From Stegostoma tigrinum (lineage: Eukaryota), in contig NC_081369.1 of NCBI RefSeq assembly GCF_030684315.1, positions 51,753,598 to 51,817,597 of the forward strand: a stretch of DNA of 64,000 nt. The letters are read 5' to 3'. Positions within the stretch are counted from its first letter, which is position 1; every line of letters starts with the position of its first letter. Position numbers and translations under genes: made by a program. The notes under the pieces were generated by a model that was given only the letters and a program-made list of their open reading frames with translations, did no database searches and was not told where the DNA came from. Of this stretch, positions 32,826-45,199 are shown in pieces.

Positions 32826-34573
32826 GTCCCAAGCTTATTTCAAGGAAATTTTTTCAGATAAGCAGCATTTAAGCCACCAGTATCCACATCAAATCATCGT
32901 AAACATAAGATACAGTTCACTTTCCCTAATGTAGAAACAACATTGTGGTTCATTTTGAGTTTCATGGTAACAAACCACTGAAGCAAAAGGTCACTTTTGG
33001 AGCTGAAAGCCTTCAAGAGTGAACTGCAGATGATAACGCTGCAAGAAAAGTAGTCTGGAATAAGTACTATGTCTTCACTTCTAATCAACAGTGATTTTGC
33101 TGTCAAAAAACCAGGAAGGAAAATATTTTAGATTTTATGCTGCAGACTTAAGGACTTCAAATGCTTCAAAAAATCATGAAGTCATTTGATTTGACAGCAT
33201 TTCTAAATGCAAATAAATTTATTGTGATATATTTTAGTTAGATTATTAGTTTTTATTTGCCCCTTTGCATATGCATATTTACAAATATAAAACATTGATT
33301 TTGCTATTTTTATTGCCCTTTCTGTTAGGATATTTTTTCAAGCTATTGCTCGTTTTTCAATTCTGACATCCACTTTCAAGCATTCACTTTATTTTTTAAC
33401 AAGCCTGTCTACAATAAGGAGCAAAAAACCCTGGACAAATTCTTTGAACTCAAACCCTTTTGTTTATGAATAAATTAAAACCCATAAGTGCAACACCTAC
33501 CTTTCAATATTATATGTATATTTAGCTGGTGTCAATGAGAAAAGGGGGTGTTTTTCATGCTTCATTAGTTCTTTAAAATTTAATGTATCTTTTAAAAGGA
33601 AAATGTTTTCAAACTTGAGAACTTCTACGTACAATATCATGTTGAAAATGCCTTATAAGACACTTTTATTTCATGACTGAAGCAGTAAAATGGATCACGT
33701 GACTTTGAACAACAAAGGAACAGAGCAGAACTGTTCTCGAACTGCATTGCTGTGCTTAGGAACACAGTAATCTAGGAGTTTGTCAGTGTGAAACACAGGG
33801 GCCTGGGAGTCTAAGGACTACATAGTTTTAAAAACAGCACAGAGCAAACCATAGCATTCTGGTTGTGTTTAATATCAAAGCCAAATTATGTTATATGATA
33901 AGTATTTTATACAATAATAGTATTGTTATCATTGCAGAAAGAAAATGTGCATTTTTGAGAGTTTCTTTTGCTTGATCCCTTTGATTTTAATCTAAAATTT
34001 TGATCTAAAGCTTGAAGTTTAGTCTTTTTTTTATATTTAGAGGCCCCACATTATCGTTTACTTAGTTTATGCCAAAACCTGGTACCGGCTCTGGTCTTCT
34101 CTTGTTAGGAATATCTGGAGTAGCTCTAATCTTGCAACTTCTACCAGAGGCATAAGAATGATACGCCGAAGCTAACGCCTCTGTCCATCAAGCACTGCAC
34201 ACTTCCAATATTTCACTTTTAATGCTAAAGACAAAACTCAGTCAGCCTTTCAATCCTCTAAGTGATCAAGGCATTTAATGTTCTGGACTGTAATCTTAAT
34301 TACATTCTGATGTGCAGGATGACTATCTGCCAATATACTATGGGCTGATAGGTCCCAGAAAGTCAAAATTCCTCTTGAACAATTGTACTAAAGCTGTGAT
34401 AGTTGATGCTCTGGTCATTAGCTCTACTGCATCAATGGTGATGAATGTTGGTGATGAATAAGGGTTGTAGGTAATATGCAAAACTGCTTTTCCCTGCCAT
34501 TCAATTCCTATCCAAAGTGCTACTGTTGTCTCACTCTCCATGCATTAAACATCAGCCTTGAATAAATTGCATT

Positions 34574-35023
34574 GAATCATGGTAGTTCCTCACCCAGAGG
34601 AAATATCAGGCCATGGTTGTCTCCCACACATCATTCAGAGGAAACTTTGAGAATACGTAAGGGCTATTTTAAGATCATTCAGAAATCAAAAATAGATTAT
34701 TAAAACAGCAACAACTGGAAATATGTAGCAGATAAGGCAACATCTATGGAGAGAAATGGTCTGATTGACAATGGCAGATCTGAATTGTGAATTTTTTTTT
34801 TGTTATTCACAGAACATTGGCTGTCCTTCTGAGCATTTTCAGCATTTTCTTCTTTTATTTCAGACTTCCAGCTTCCGCAGTGTTTTGCTCTTGTATCAGG
34901 AATAGCAGATAACTTTGCCCTCTCCATAGAAATGTAATGCACATTGTGAGGAAAGCCAACAAAAAGCATACTATCTTCATAAAAGTTCCTAGCAAACATT
35001 TCTTAGTTTCAGTGAATTTGTAC
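34574..35023 (-). repeat. Right arm of the long inverted duplication (partner 29610-30048)
   Basis: Colinear reverse complement over ~440 bp including an old PLE hairpin; both ORF translations share FVGFPH. Confidence 0.88.
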
Positions 35024-37579
35024 GTGATTCAGAGACCATCACAAAAAGGTATTCTGGAGCTCTCTGCATCAGAAATGGTGCATTATACAGATACTTTTAA
35101 AATCATATTTGAATTTAAATCTTTAAATATTTGAACTTAGGTTCATGCATAGCTTATTGTAAGAACATGCTTTCTCTGCAACAGTGGATATCTTATTCTG
35201 ACTACCTTAATGTTAAAAAGAGAACCTTCTTTTTCCATTTCCTTGCTCACACTGTTCCTTCTTCACATCCGTGATTTCTTCCTCCTCAAGTCACACAACC
35301 TGATACCTAAATTCATTCTTTCCTCAGAACTAAGGATCTCTTTACCTCCCCCTCACTTCCCCTTCTTGCATTTTTCAGGCTTTTAATAACCGTGTTTCAT
35401 TCCACTAATCACTGAGGCTTCCTTGTCTCCTCTTTCACTCTATTTAACCTTAATGCTGACCGTATTAGGGACTTTGTTGATGCAATTACAAAAACAACTC
35501 CTTGTGCCATGTTGCACTCTCATATTTCACAGTCCCTAAAATTTCCTGCCAGCTGTGAATATTCTGTAAGCAATACAAGTACAAAATCTTATTAGCCTTC
35601 ATTTTGATACAACATAACCAATACTTCTCCAAAATTACTTTAATGATAGCCCACAGCAAATTATTGCAAGATTATTTATTCAGGCTAAATAAATGTGAAG
35701 CATTTATTTGAAAGGAAAGGCTAGATCTAAGTGTCTGAAAGAGAAAGGAGAGCAGATTTATCTATTATTTGACCGATTATATAAATTATAGATTTGTTTC
35801 AATATTTGAATATCTTCTGATGTCTCAGGAACCACCAGTTCTTGACCTCTGTGACTGTTTTTGAGATATAGTTTACCATGACAATAGATCACTGCCTCAA
35901 ATTACATCTAGACACACTGAATTTAAGTAAAAGGTTTTTCTTGTAGAACTCTTCAAAAAAAAAGAGACATCCAAACCAAAGATGGTCCTTGTGAATGTAA
36001 ATTCTGAAAATGTAATTCATTGTCTGGAATATTCCAGTGTAGATAATATTTAATCATGAGTAAGATAATGGAATGTCACACCTGGAGAGTGTCCAAAAGT
36101 TCAAACAGAGACACTGCAAAGGAAAAGATGCAATACAAATACTAAACTGTATTCTGTTATGACTTCTATTCCAAAAACAAACAAGAAAAAGAGTTTAAAA
36201 AAATTCCAGGCCTAGGTATGTTAGTGTGGTGTTCTAGTTCAATTGGGTTCATGTGTGTTTTGAAGGTCACAGCTGAATAAAATCCACTTGACTACCTTTA
36301 CCTGCAAGCACAAGGGTATGGTCTCTTGCTGCTTTGCTGAGTGCTGAAAACAAGACACAAGTCTGCAAAAGTATTATTTCAAAGGAAGGAGAACAACTCC
36401 CTTCAACTAAACATGACAAACCAAGAATCTCCAAATTAATTGCTCAGCCACTGTTGTGTGCACCACTGGAAACCTTCAATTTACCAGCTGTAACTTTCCA
36501 CCATCTACTCAGCACGAAGGAGCAAATTTCTGCTTTGCATCCATGTTGCATTGTATTATTTTTCCTCACATTCTCTAATTAATAAACTCACTATCTTCCT
36601 TAACACAAGAAAGCCAAGTTAAAATAGCTCCTCTTGAAACAGTGAAACTGGGAAAGGTATCCACAAGGGGAGAGAGAAGTGTAAAGTTAACCTTGCTGTC
36701 TCTGACTCAGGTGAAGGAGGTGGGCAGCAGGAGGGTGGAGTGGAGTAGTGGAGTCCAGTTCTTCCCTCCTCAGCTGGGGATATAATTATCTGGGAGTGTT
36801 CAGTGCCACATACACTGTCCTAACTTGGGGACTAATCATAATAACAAGTTAATAAGTTGCCCTTAAGGTGGCCATGTGAGCTGAGTGCAAGGAAAACACA
36901 TTCCTCCAAAGCTAATGCACAATTTGTCCTCCCTGTTTGTTTGAAATTCTATACATCCTTCTAATACTGATCTGAGGAACTGACGGAATTTCCCCGGTTC
37001 TTCCTTTTAAGCAATGAGAAGACTGTTCACTGCAGACTCAGCTATTTTGATTGTCATAGATCATCTGTAATGGGGAAAAGACATTGTCATTAAAATCTCT
37101 AAGTTTGTAGCTTAACAAACAACCTCTCTAGCAGAGTATTTCTTTTTCATGAGTTGTTTTCAAAATGAAGCAACAAAAAAAGCAGGATAAAGGTGATCAC
37201 ATGTGAGCCACCACTTCTTACATCAAGTTGCTGAGAACGAGCATATCTTTTTACCCTAACAAGCCTTCAGAGTAAGTTCCTATTAAATATGAAAAGAGTA
37301 CTGGAGAGCATTAAAGCTGGGATTGACAATTAACTGCTTAGCTTTGTAGATTATAGGAAAGCAGGAGGAAAGTCAGAAATCACATTTTTGTGAAGGATTA
37401 CATTCAACGATGCAGCAACAATCCTGAATTCAACACAAGCACAGAGGGAGAGAGAAGAACATGCAAGGCTAGATCTTTCAAATTTCAGAGAAACGTTAGA
37501 AGATAGTTGAAAAAGACCAGTAACCATGGCCAAACAGTTAAAAAGGACAGACAAGAAAGGAAATATAATGGTGAGACAG

Positions 37580-37755
37580 TAACAGTAAAGTCACTGTTAT
37601 CTCATTTGGGAACGGAATACGACTGGTGGTGATCACGCCTCAGGCAAGGTCAAGGAGTAGAACCTTCATAGTAACCTCAGCTGGTAGTGAAATTGAACCT
37701 ACACTGTTGGCACCACTCTGTGTTACAAACCAGCTATCCAGCCAACTGAGCTGGT
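37580..37755 (-). mobile_element. tRNA-derived SINE (family C)
   Basis: 'gactggtggt...cctcaggc...aacctcagctgg...attgaacc...tccagccaactgagct'. Confidence 0.65.
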
Positions 37756-37759
37756 CAAC

Positions 37760-38590
37760 TAAAACAATGAACTACAGGAGCTAGAAATCTGAAAAAAATG
37801 CAGAAACTCCTGGAGGAATTCAGTAGATCAGGCAGCACCCATGGAAAGAAAATGAGTTAATGTTTTGAGTCCAGAGACACTTCTTCAGAGCTGATGGTAG
37901 CTAGGAAAAGATGCTATGTATGCTAAAGGCAGCGGGTGGGTGGAGGAAGGCAATATGTAGTAAGTGGAGAATGAGGCCAGAGACAGACAGAGAGAGATAG
38001 ATGAGGTCAGAAATAGAGAGAGAGAAAGAGAAAGACAGTTAGGCAGATGAAGGGATGGATAATGGTAAAATGGCCATTGGATAAACATATGGATGATAAT
38101 GGAATAGCATAGGTCAGTTGGGCTTCAGAATGGTTTCACAGGTCGGTGTAACAGTGAGGCCCAAAGAGCCTGTACTGTGCTGTAATGTTCTATGTTCTAT
38201 GATCTAAAGGAGAAAGAAAATCTCAAAATGTGCACCAATAATAGTGAAAATTGATTGGCAGTGCTTGAAACAGCCCATGTGCTGGCAGGGCCTGATATGT
38301 GGGGATGGGTAAAGAACATGGAAGAAGATGTTCAGATCTAAAATTGTTGAGCTCGATATAGTGCCCTGAAGGCAACAATGTCCCCAAGTGAAAAATGAGA
38401 TGCTGTTCTTTCAGCTTATGCTGAGCTTCATTGGAACAAGTCTGAGACAGAAATGCTGGCCAGGGAATAATGTGGTATGTTTAAATGGCAGGCAACTGGA
38501 AGCTCAAGAGTATTTTTGCACCCAGGACATAGGTGTTCTGTGCTTCATCTCCCCAGCGTAGAGGAGACTGCGTTGTGAGCAGCAAATATA
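37760..38590 (-). mobile_element. Old Penelope 3' fragment (family 2-like)
   Basis: Colinear with 4480-5100 ('gagctgatggtagctaggaaaa...aaaatgagatgctgttctttcagc...cagaaatgctggccagggaa'). Confidence 0.8.
38075..38205 (+). mobile_element. Short CR1 3'-end insertion inside Penelope
   Basis: 'cattggataaacatatgga...cctgtactgtgctgtaatgttctatgttctatg' as at 7413-7540. Confidence 0.85.
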
Positions 38591-38601
38591 TCCATTCCTT
38601 T

Positions 38602-38800
38602 AGAGACAAAAAAAAGCACTGCAAATGCTGGAATCTAAGGTAGACAAACAAGAGGCTGGAAGAATATAGCAAGCTAGGCAGCATCTGGAGGAAAGGAGCA
38701 GTCAAAGTTTTGAGTATTACCCTTCTTCAGGACTGGATGGGGGGTAGGGGGAGCTGCAGAAAAAGAGTGGGGGAGGGGTAGAAGCAGAATGGTGGTGATG
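38602..38800 (-). mobile_element. Penelope pLTR fragment (further family) with degenerate hammerhead
   Basis: Minus strand agtc-CTGAAGA-a-gggt-aat-actc-AAAACTTT-gact; stem I agtc/gact. Confidence 0.6.
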
Positions 38801-39977
38801 TCCATCTTTTTGTCTGTCTAATTTCTCTCCTTCTGTGCAACATCTCCACTTGTCACATACTCCTTCTCCACCCTAAGCATGCTGGCTCTGCAACGGTTTA
38901 CTACTTCCCAGTTTCTCTCCAATATGCTCTTTTACAGCTTGCAAGTTATATCCTGCTCAGTTGTCAGTCTTTCCAAGTCAGCTGTTTTATTCCTTAGTTT
39001 TAAATTTTCATAATTGAATCCTGTATCTTTCTGTAAATCTTCTTCTTTAACTGCCTGAGCTTTCGAAAGTAGCAAATGAAGATTCACCAGACTAAAACTA
39101 TTAAGTCTGTTTTCTTCTCACTGATGCTGCTAGACCTGCTGAGTTTCTTCAGCAATTTCTCTTTCTGTTAAAGAAGAAAAACTCATTAGCAACATTATCA
39201 AACAATGAGAAGGCATCAAGATTATCACCAACATGTAGTAAATTATCAACAACAAATGATGCAACATTGGTAACATCAAGTATGAATCCAGAAAGTGTAC
39301 AACATCATTGGAGAAGCATTTAAATTATCATTAAGATCTCTACATCCTATATCTATGGGGTGGAGGTACAACAACCTGTCATCGAATCAATGCTGTGAAT
39401 CATGTCTTGAGAAATAAAAACAAAATATGACAGGATGTAAAAAGGTTTTAATTCAATTATAAATTCAATTGTTAATCATTTTTAGGAGAGTATATTATTT
39501 TAAAAGAAGCCATAATTGGAAGGACTATATGAATATAGAGGCACTTTGTTGTTAAGAAAGCTTTTCAAGAAAAGTTGTAATGCAAATATGCATCCAAGGT
39601 GTCACATGTTTCTGGTGCAATGCCATGAGGTGCCAAGCCGCAGTAGTTTATTCCACCAGCCAGTGGAGACCTGTAAGAAATATGCATTTTGACTCTACGC
39701 ATGATTATTTCAAGCTTCTGGATACAAAAAGATATAACAATTTGCATCCCCTGTCAGATCAAATAACAGGAGTTCCACTAATGTTCTATTGAAGCTTATT
39801 TTGTCTGTGAGCTTTTAATCATGGGATGTTGAAGAAATTGCTGTCCTCACAACACAAAGTGAAATATGAACATTACACATGTTTATTACTGAAGTGCTGA
39901 CATGTGACAATGTCCCACATCAGTTTTGTCTCTTGAACATTACAATTAACCACCCATCTCCATCATATGCCAGCATA

Positions 39978-40295
39978 GGGGGAACATGGTGGCTCAGTTG
40001 TTAGCACTGTTGCTTCATTGTGCTGGGAACTGGGTTCAATTTCAGCCTCGGGTCTCTGTCTGTGTAGAGTTTGCAGGTTCTCCCCATGTCTGCATGGGTT
40101 TCCTCTGGGTGCTCTGGTTTTCTCTCACCATCCAAAGATTTACAGGTTAGGTAGTGTCAAGGGATGTGTAAGCTATGTGGATTAGCCATTGGAAATGCAG
40201 AGTCCCAGGGATGGGGTAGATCTGAGTAGTATGCTCTTCAAAGGGTTGATATGGGCTGAATAGCCTGCTTCCATAATGTAGCAATTCTACGATGT
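39978..40295 (+). mobile_element. HE1-type SINE
   Basis: gtggctcagttgttagcact, gggttcaattt, 'gagtttgcaggttctccccatgtctgcatgggtttcctctgggtgctctgg'. Confidence 0.85.
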
Positions 40296-40579
40296 TACTC
40301 ATACATTCCAAACCCCATTTCTTTTGATGAAAATTTGTTCAAAATTTTATGACAGAACGTTAATCAACTTCTTTCTGATGTACATGATGGGTGGTTGTGT
40401 TGTTGTACACTTAGTACCCAAATATCCCTTTAATAGAAATGCTCATAATAACAGTATTGTTTAATAGCATTTGATTCCAGGTTATAAAGGTCTCAGATTT
40501 TGTCCTAACTGGGGTCACTGGAAGCATGACATACTGATGGAAATGTGCTGCTACTAGTAACCAAATAGCTCAATATTAA

Positions 40580-41278
40580 ACAAAAAATAAAGAAATGCAG
40601 ATGCTGAAAACAAAAACAAATATTGCTGGAGAAACTCAGCAGGTCTGGCAGCTTCTGTGGAGAGGAAGGAACATTTTGGATCCCCCTCCCATTCCTTAGA
40701 TGACATGTCCATCATGGACCTCTTGCAGTGCCACAATGATGCCACCCGAAGGTTGCAGGAACAGCAACTCATATTCCGCTTGGGAACCCTGCAGCCCAAT
40801 GGCATCAATGTGGACTTCACAAGCTTCAAACTCTCCCCTTCCCCCACTGCATCCCAAAACCAGTCCAGCTCATCCCTGCCTCCCTAACCTGTTCTTCCTC
40901 TCACCTATCCCCTCTTCCCACCTCAAGCCGCACCTCCATTTCCTACCTACTAACCTCATCCCGCCTCTTTGACCTGTCCATCCTCCCTGGACTGACCTAA
41001 CCCCTCCCTACCTCCCCACCTATACTCTCCTCTCCACCTATCTTCTTTTCTCTCCATCTTCGGTCCGCCTCCCCCATCTCCCTATTTATTCCAGTTCCCT
41101 CTCCCCATTCCCCCTCTCTGATGAAGGGTCTAGGCCTGAAATATCAGCTTTTGTGCTCCTGAGATGCTGCTTGGCCTGCTGTGTTCATCCAACTCCACAC
41201 TTTGTTATCTTGGATCCAGAGACCTTTCTTCAGAGAACAGGCTTGCTACATTTTTTCTAGCAATTTCTCTTTTCGTTA
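40580..41278. mobile_element. Family 2 PLE hairpin with a family 1 Penelope fragment (40684-41209, +) inserted at its centre
   Basis: Inner piece encodes SPSHSLDDMSIMDLLQCHNDATRRLQEQQLIFRLGTLQPNGINVDF plus pLTR; ttggatcc repeated at 40676-40683/41210-41217. Confidence 0.85.
41118..41145 (+). ncRNA. Minimal hammerhead ribozyme motif
   Basis: ct-CTGATGA-a-ggg-tctagg-cct-GAA-ATAT-C-ag; palindromic ATAT, AUC triplet. Confidence 0.7.
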
Positions 41279-41783
41279 CGTCAATGTTAGCCCAGACATT
41301 GAAGGGTCTGTGACCATAATATAGGTACATTCCAAGAGCTGTAATAAAAAAAATCTTTTGAATCATTCAGTACTGCGTTGTCTACATCTAGTTCACATGT
41401 TATAGGAGCTAACATAAATATTGCCCCTTCAGGTACAAATACCAGCTGGAGTCAAAAGCCCACAACATAATGACAGGATATGCACCTTATTTGTAGACTG
41501 CAGATCATGTCCTCACAAGAGAAAGTCTAAGATTCCCCTGAAAGCGAAATGGGAAATTCCCTGCCTACTGCTATTCATTTTTGATTCAGCTTTTGTGTCC
41601 CTCAAAAATCACATAGATCTGTAGTTAAACACTTTAACTGTACTGCTTGAGGGAAGTGTTGCCTTGAGCAGCTGTAGCTAGGATTCCAACATAACCAAAC
41701 TGAAATAAATGAAAAGTATTTCACTTTGGTTATCTTTGTAAAAATGGGGAAGCCACGTGTAAAAAGACCAAAGAAGAAAGTTG

Positions 41784-42043
41784 AGGTAACAAGGTGTAAG
41801 GCTGGATGGACACAGCAGGCCAAGCAGCATCAGAGGAGCAGGAAAGCTGATGTTTCGGGGCCTAGACTCTTCTCCAGAATTTCTGAAGAAGGGCCTAGAC
41901 CGAAGCATCAGCTTTCCTGCTCCTATGATGCTCCTTGGCCTGCTGTGGTCATCCAGCTCTACACTTTGTCATCTCTGATTCTTCAGCATCTGCAGTTCCC
42001 ACTATCTCTGATTCTTCAGCATCTGCAGTTCCCACTATCTCTG
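41784..42043. mobile_element. Fold-back PLE mini-insertion (family 1 variant) with terminal 33-bp tandem duplication
   Basis: Exact 13-bp TSD aagaagaaagttg (41771-41783/42044-42056); two back-to-back degenerate hammerheads around 41880. Confidence 0.92.
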
Positions 42044-43720
42044 AAGAAGAAAGTTGCCAAGTTTTCGAAGAGGAAGGAGAAACACAGTAAATGAGCAAGT
42101 AATGAGTAATGAAAAATCTTGAGTCTTGAGCTCCTGCAAATTGTATGATGGTTGAGAAGTTCCACAAATATCTGCACTTTGTTTGCAGGATAAGGCACAA
42201 TGCAATTTAGTTTGACTTCATGACAACAAGAACGCGTAGAGGAGGAAGGTACAGAGAGGGAAAGTTCAGAAGATCAAAAAACATAATAGTTTGAGTAAAT
42301 GGGGGTCAGATCTTGTTGGTAATGACAAGATTGATCAATGCTAGTGGCCGGAGGTGAAGCATTGATCAACAAGACACTAATTACTAATAATAATTTTGAA
42401 ATTATGGGAAGTTATAATTTACTCTTCCCAGATAATTTATGTTGACATATTTTACATTAGGTCAGTATTTGTTCTTAGTCTGTTTGTTTGGGTGCATTCA
42501 GAAACTACCCTGCATTTACACTGCTTGATTAATCTGAAAATAGTCCTTGTATATAGAAATATAATCAGTGCTGCGTTCAAGTAATGTCTCACAACCATGT
42601 ACACCACTGAATCATGATTAATGAGGCTAATTATCCTGTCTGAAAGTGGAAAGATTTTAGCCATTCTTTTAAACGTTCCATGAAAAATTCTTTGTAGCCG
42701 ACTAAAATAATGCTATTTCTGCACCAGACAGACAGAAAGAGATTTGGTTTCCTGTTTAATTGTTATCTATTCCAAAGGATATTGGTCAGCAGCCAACGCT
42801 CCCAAAAAAAGGTAGAGAAAGTAATTGTTACAATTTCTTTTACAACACCAAGTTTATATAACATTTATGCAATGTTTACACTTACTAGAACCAGAGCAAG
42901 ATTTTACTGGCATTATATTATAGAATAACATCTTTTCAAATGTATTTCTCATCATTTTTATCTATAACACGGGATTTGTTGAACTTTCTGATGTTAAATG
43001 CAAACAGAAAATGCTGCAGAAACTCAATGGCTCCGGCAGCATCTGTGAAGAAAGAAACAAATTTAACAATGCAAGTCTAACATAACACATCTTCATAATC
43101 AAGATATTCTGTTTGTATTTCAGATCTCCAGAATTTATATTAATTTGATTTTATTTGAGTTTGCTGATGTCTCTAGCTAAAATTGCTTAATTGCTAAAAT
43201 CTAATATTCGTATAAATCTATACTGGATTGAAACTTTGAACATTGAATTTTCTTTTAGTAATGTAGTTATTGTCTAGTTGTAAAAACAAAAGTGAAAGTT
43301 TGGAATTGAAAGCAATGTTTGAAAAGCAAGGCTTGGAAAGCAATGATAATGCACAACAGATTACTCCAGCTTTAAATGAGGAAGACAACTTTGAGTAAAA
43401 CATTATGCCAAAGCAATGAATGAGCTTCAGTCAATATACTGAAAAAAACTATTCATTTGTGGGAATTAGATTTGGATTCATACCAGCAGCCAGGTAGAAA
43501 TGTCAACAGCTACAATAGAATAATAGCTATTCATGTCATTGTGCAACTAGCCCCGTATCATGTTTGCATCTGCACTGCTGTGTCTAAGTTTGGAGACAGG
43601 AGCTTCCAATACAGTGCATGCTTTGAAGTATGGGTGAACAGTCCATATACATAAAGTACAAAAGTTTCATAAAGGAAGCTAACATGGATGTTTACTTTTC
43701 CATGAATGACAAATGATTGG

Positions 43721-43765
43721 TGTGGTAGGGAAGAAGAGTCCTAAATGTGGTAGGGAAGAAGAGTC
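43721..43765. repeat. Perfect 20-bp direct repeat (25-bp period)
   Basis: tgtggtagggaagaagagtc at 43721-43740 and 43746-43765. Confidence 0.9.
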
Positions 43766-43791
43766 AGATGATTATTCAGTGAGTAACATGA

Positions 43792-44005
43792 AAAAGCCAG
43801 AAGTCACGCTACACCATGTTATAATCCAATAGGTTTATTTAAAATCATAAGCTTTCGGAACGTGGCCCCTTCTCAGGCAACTTCACCTGACGAAGGATTA
43901 GCGCTCTGAAAGTTTGTGATTTCAAATAAACCTGTTGGACTATAACCTGGTGTCGTGTGACTTCTGGCTTTGTCTACCATAGTCCAACACCAGCACCTCC
44001 ACATC
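43792..44005. mobile_element. Fold-back PLE mini-insertion (family 3) with two back-to-back hammerhead motifs
   Basis: aagccagaagtcac..taggtttattt / aaataaacctg..gtgacttctggctt arms; plus-strand motif tcac-CTGACGA-a-gga-ttagcgc-tct-GAA-AGTT-T-gtga (43883-43919). Confidence 0.85.
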
Positions 44006-44334
44006 AAAGCATGAAGCAGCAGCATGGGAACCAAAGGGTTAACCCACAGCCCTGTGATTTCAGCAGGAAATGGCACTTGAAGGAAACCTTTCAACATAGA
44101 ATCAGATCGTGGGTTACAAATCATGTCAAATGATGCAAAAGTCTTTTTTATTGTTAAGAGGTTGAGGAATGTATGGACTCGTGCATTTTGTAAATTCTGT
44201 GATCCTGTTTCTAGCAGACCCATGTTTAATGGCATTCATTAGCACTGATCTTCAAACTCTGGCTTCGGTGCAATTTTTTAAAAGTTGATTTCTTTGTATC
44301 ATAGTGGTCTTGATTCATCTCCAATTCTTTCAGC

Positions 44335-44645
44335 AGAAGCCTGGAAGTTCCAGAGTCTTGAGCATGTAATCCATGCAGACACATCAGTTACAGTGAGGGA
44401 GCTCCACTTAAGAAGAACAGCAGGGATTTTTTTCAGGAAATGTTTATGCCTTAACCAACATCACTACAACAGATCATCTGGTCGCTTGTCTCATTGCTGT
44501 TTGGGGACCTTGCTGTGCACAAACTAACTGGTATAGTTTCCACATTACAATAATGGCCATAGTTTGAGAACATTCCTATACTTCACTGGCTATGAAGCTC
44601 TTTGGGACATTTATCAGAAGCAATGCATATGTGCAAGTTATTTCT
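44335..44645 (+). mobile_element. Deu-domain SINE (SacSINE1-like), degenerate
   Basis: 'cagatcatctggtcgcttgtctcattgctgtttggggaccttgctgtgcacaaa...tttcccacattacaa...ttcactggctatgaagctctttgggac'; related piece at 55860-56045. Confidence 0.6.
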
Positions 44646-45199
44646 TCCCTTTATATTTTAATAATTGAATGTGTTGAAGACTGCTGGATGATTTCCTCAC
44701 AGGGTTGGAAGAAAAGACGAATGAGTTGCCAAATACCTCTTTTTGTGAATATTATGACCTCAATGCCTCAAATGAGGTGTAAATATTGATTGAGTGTGAG
44801 CTGAGTTACAACACTTAGGCTATTTTAAAAATTGGCTGATTGAAATGGGAATAGTTATTCATTTCTGATCTCATACTTTGAAGAATATCTGTGTAAGTTC
44901 TTTACATATTTCCTGTAACTAGTTGGAGTATCTTTCATTAAAAGGCATTTAAAATTGACTCTAATCATACATTATTGACCAATTATGTAAATTAATCCCA
45001 CTTTGTAGTTATTTTAAATGGCATTGCTTATGTTGACCAAATATAGCCCAGCATCTTTTGGAATCTGGTATAAATTGATGTAAAAGGCAAAGGACCATGT
45101 TGAATTTTGTTTCATCATAATTGGAAACAGTGCCATATTTCATAAGTAACAGAAATTAAGATTTAACAAAAAAAAAGCAGAGAATTGAGGACAATTAGC

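Noticed and set aside
38930-39090. Short charged open frames (minus, KAQAVKEEDLQKDTG...; also 43278-43397 plus, KNKSESLELKAMFEK...)
   Set aside because: Purine-rich composition explains the K/E bias; no donor sites or known protein match.
41971-42043. 33-bp repeats as a CRISPR-like array
   Set aside because: Only two adjacent copies with no spacer, inside a eukaryotic retroelement.
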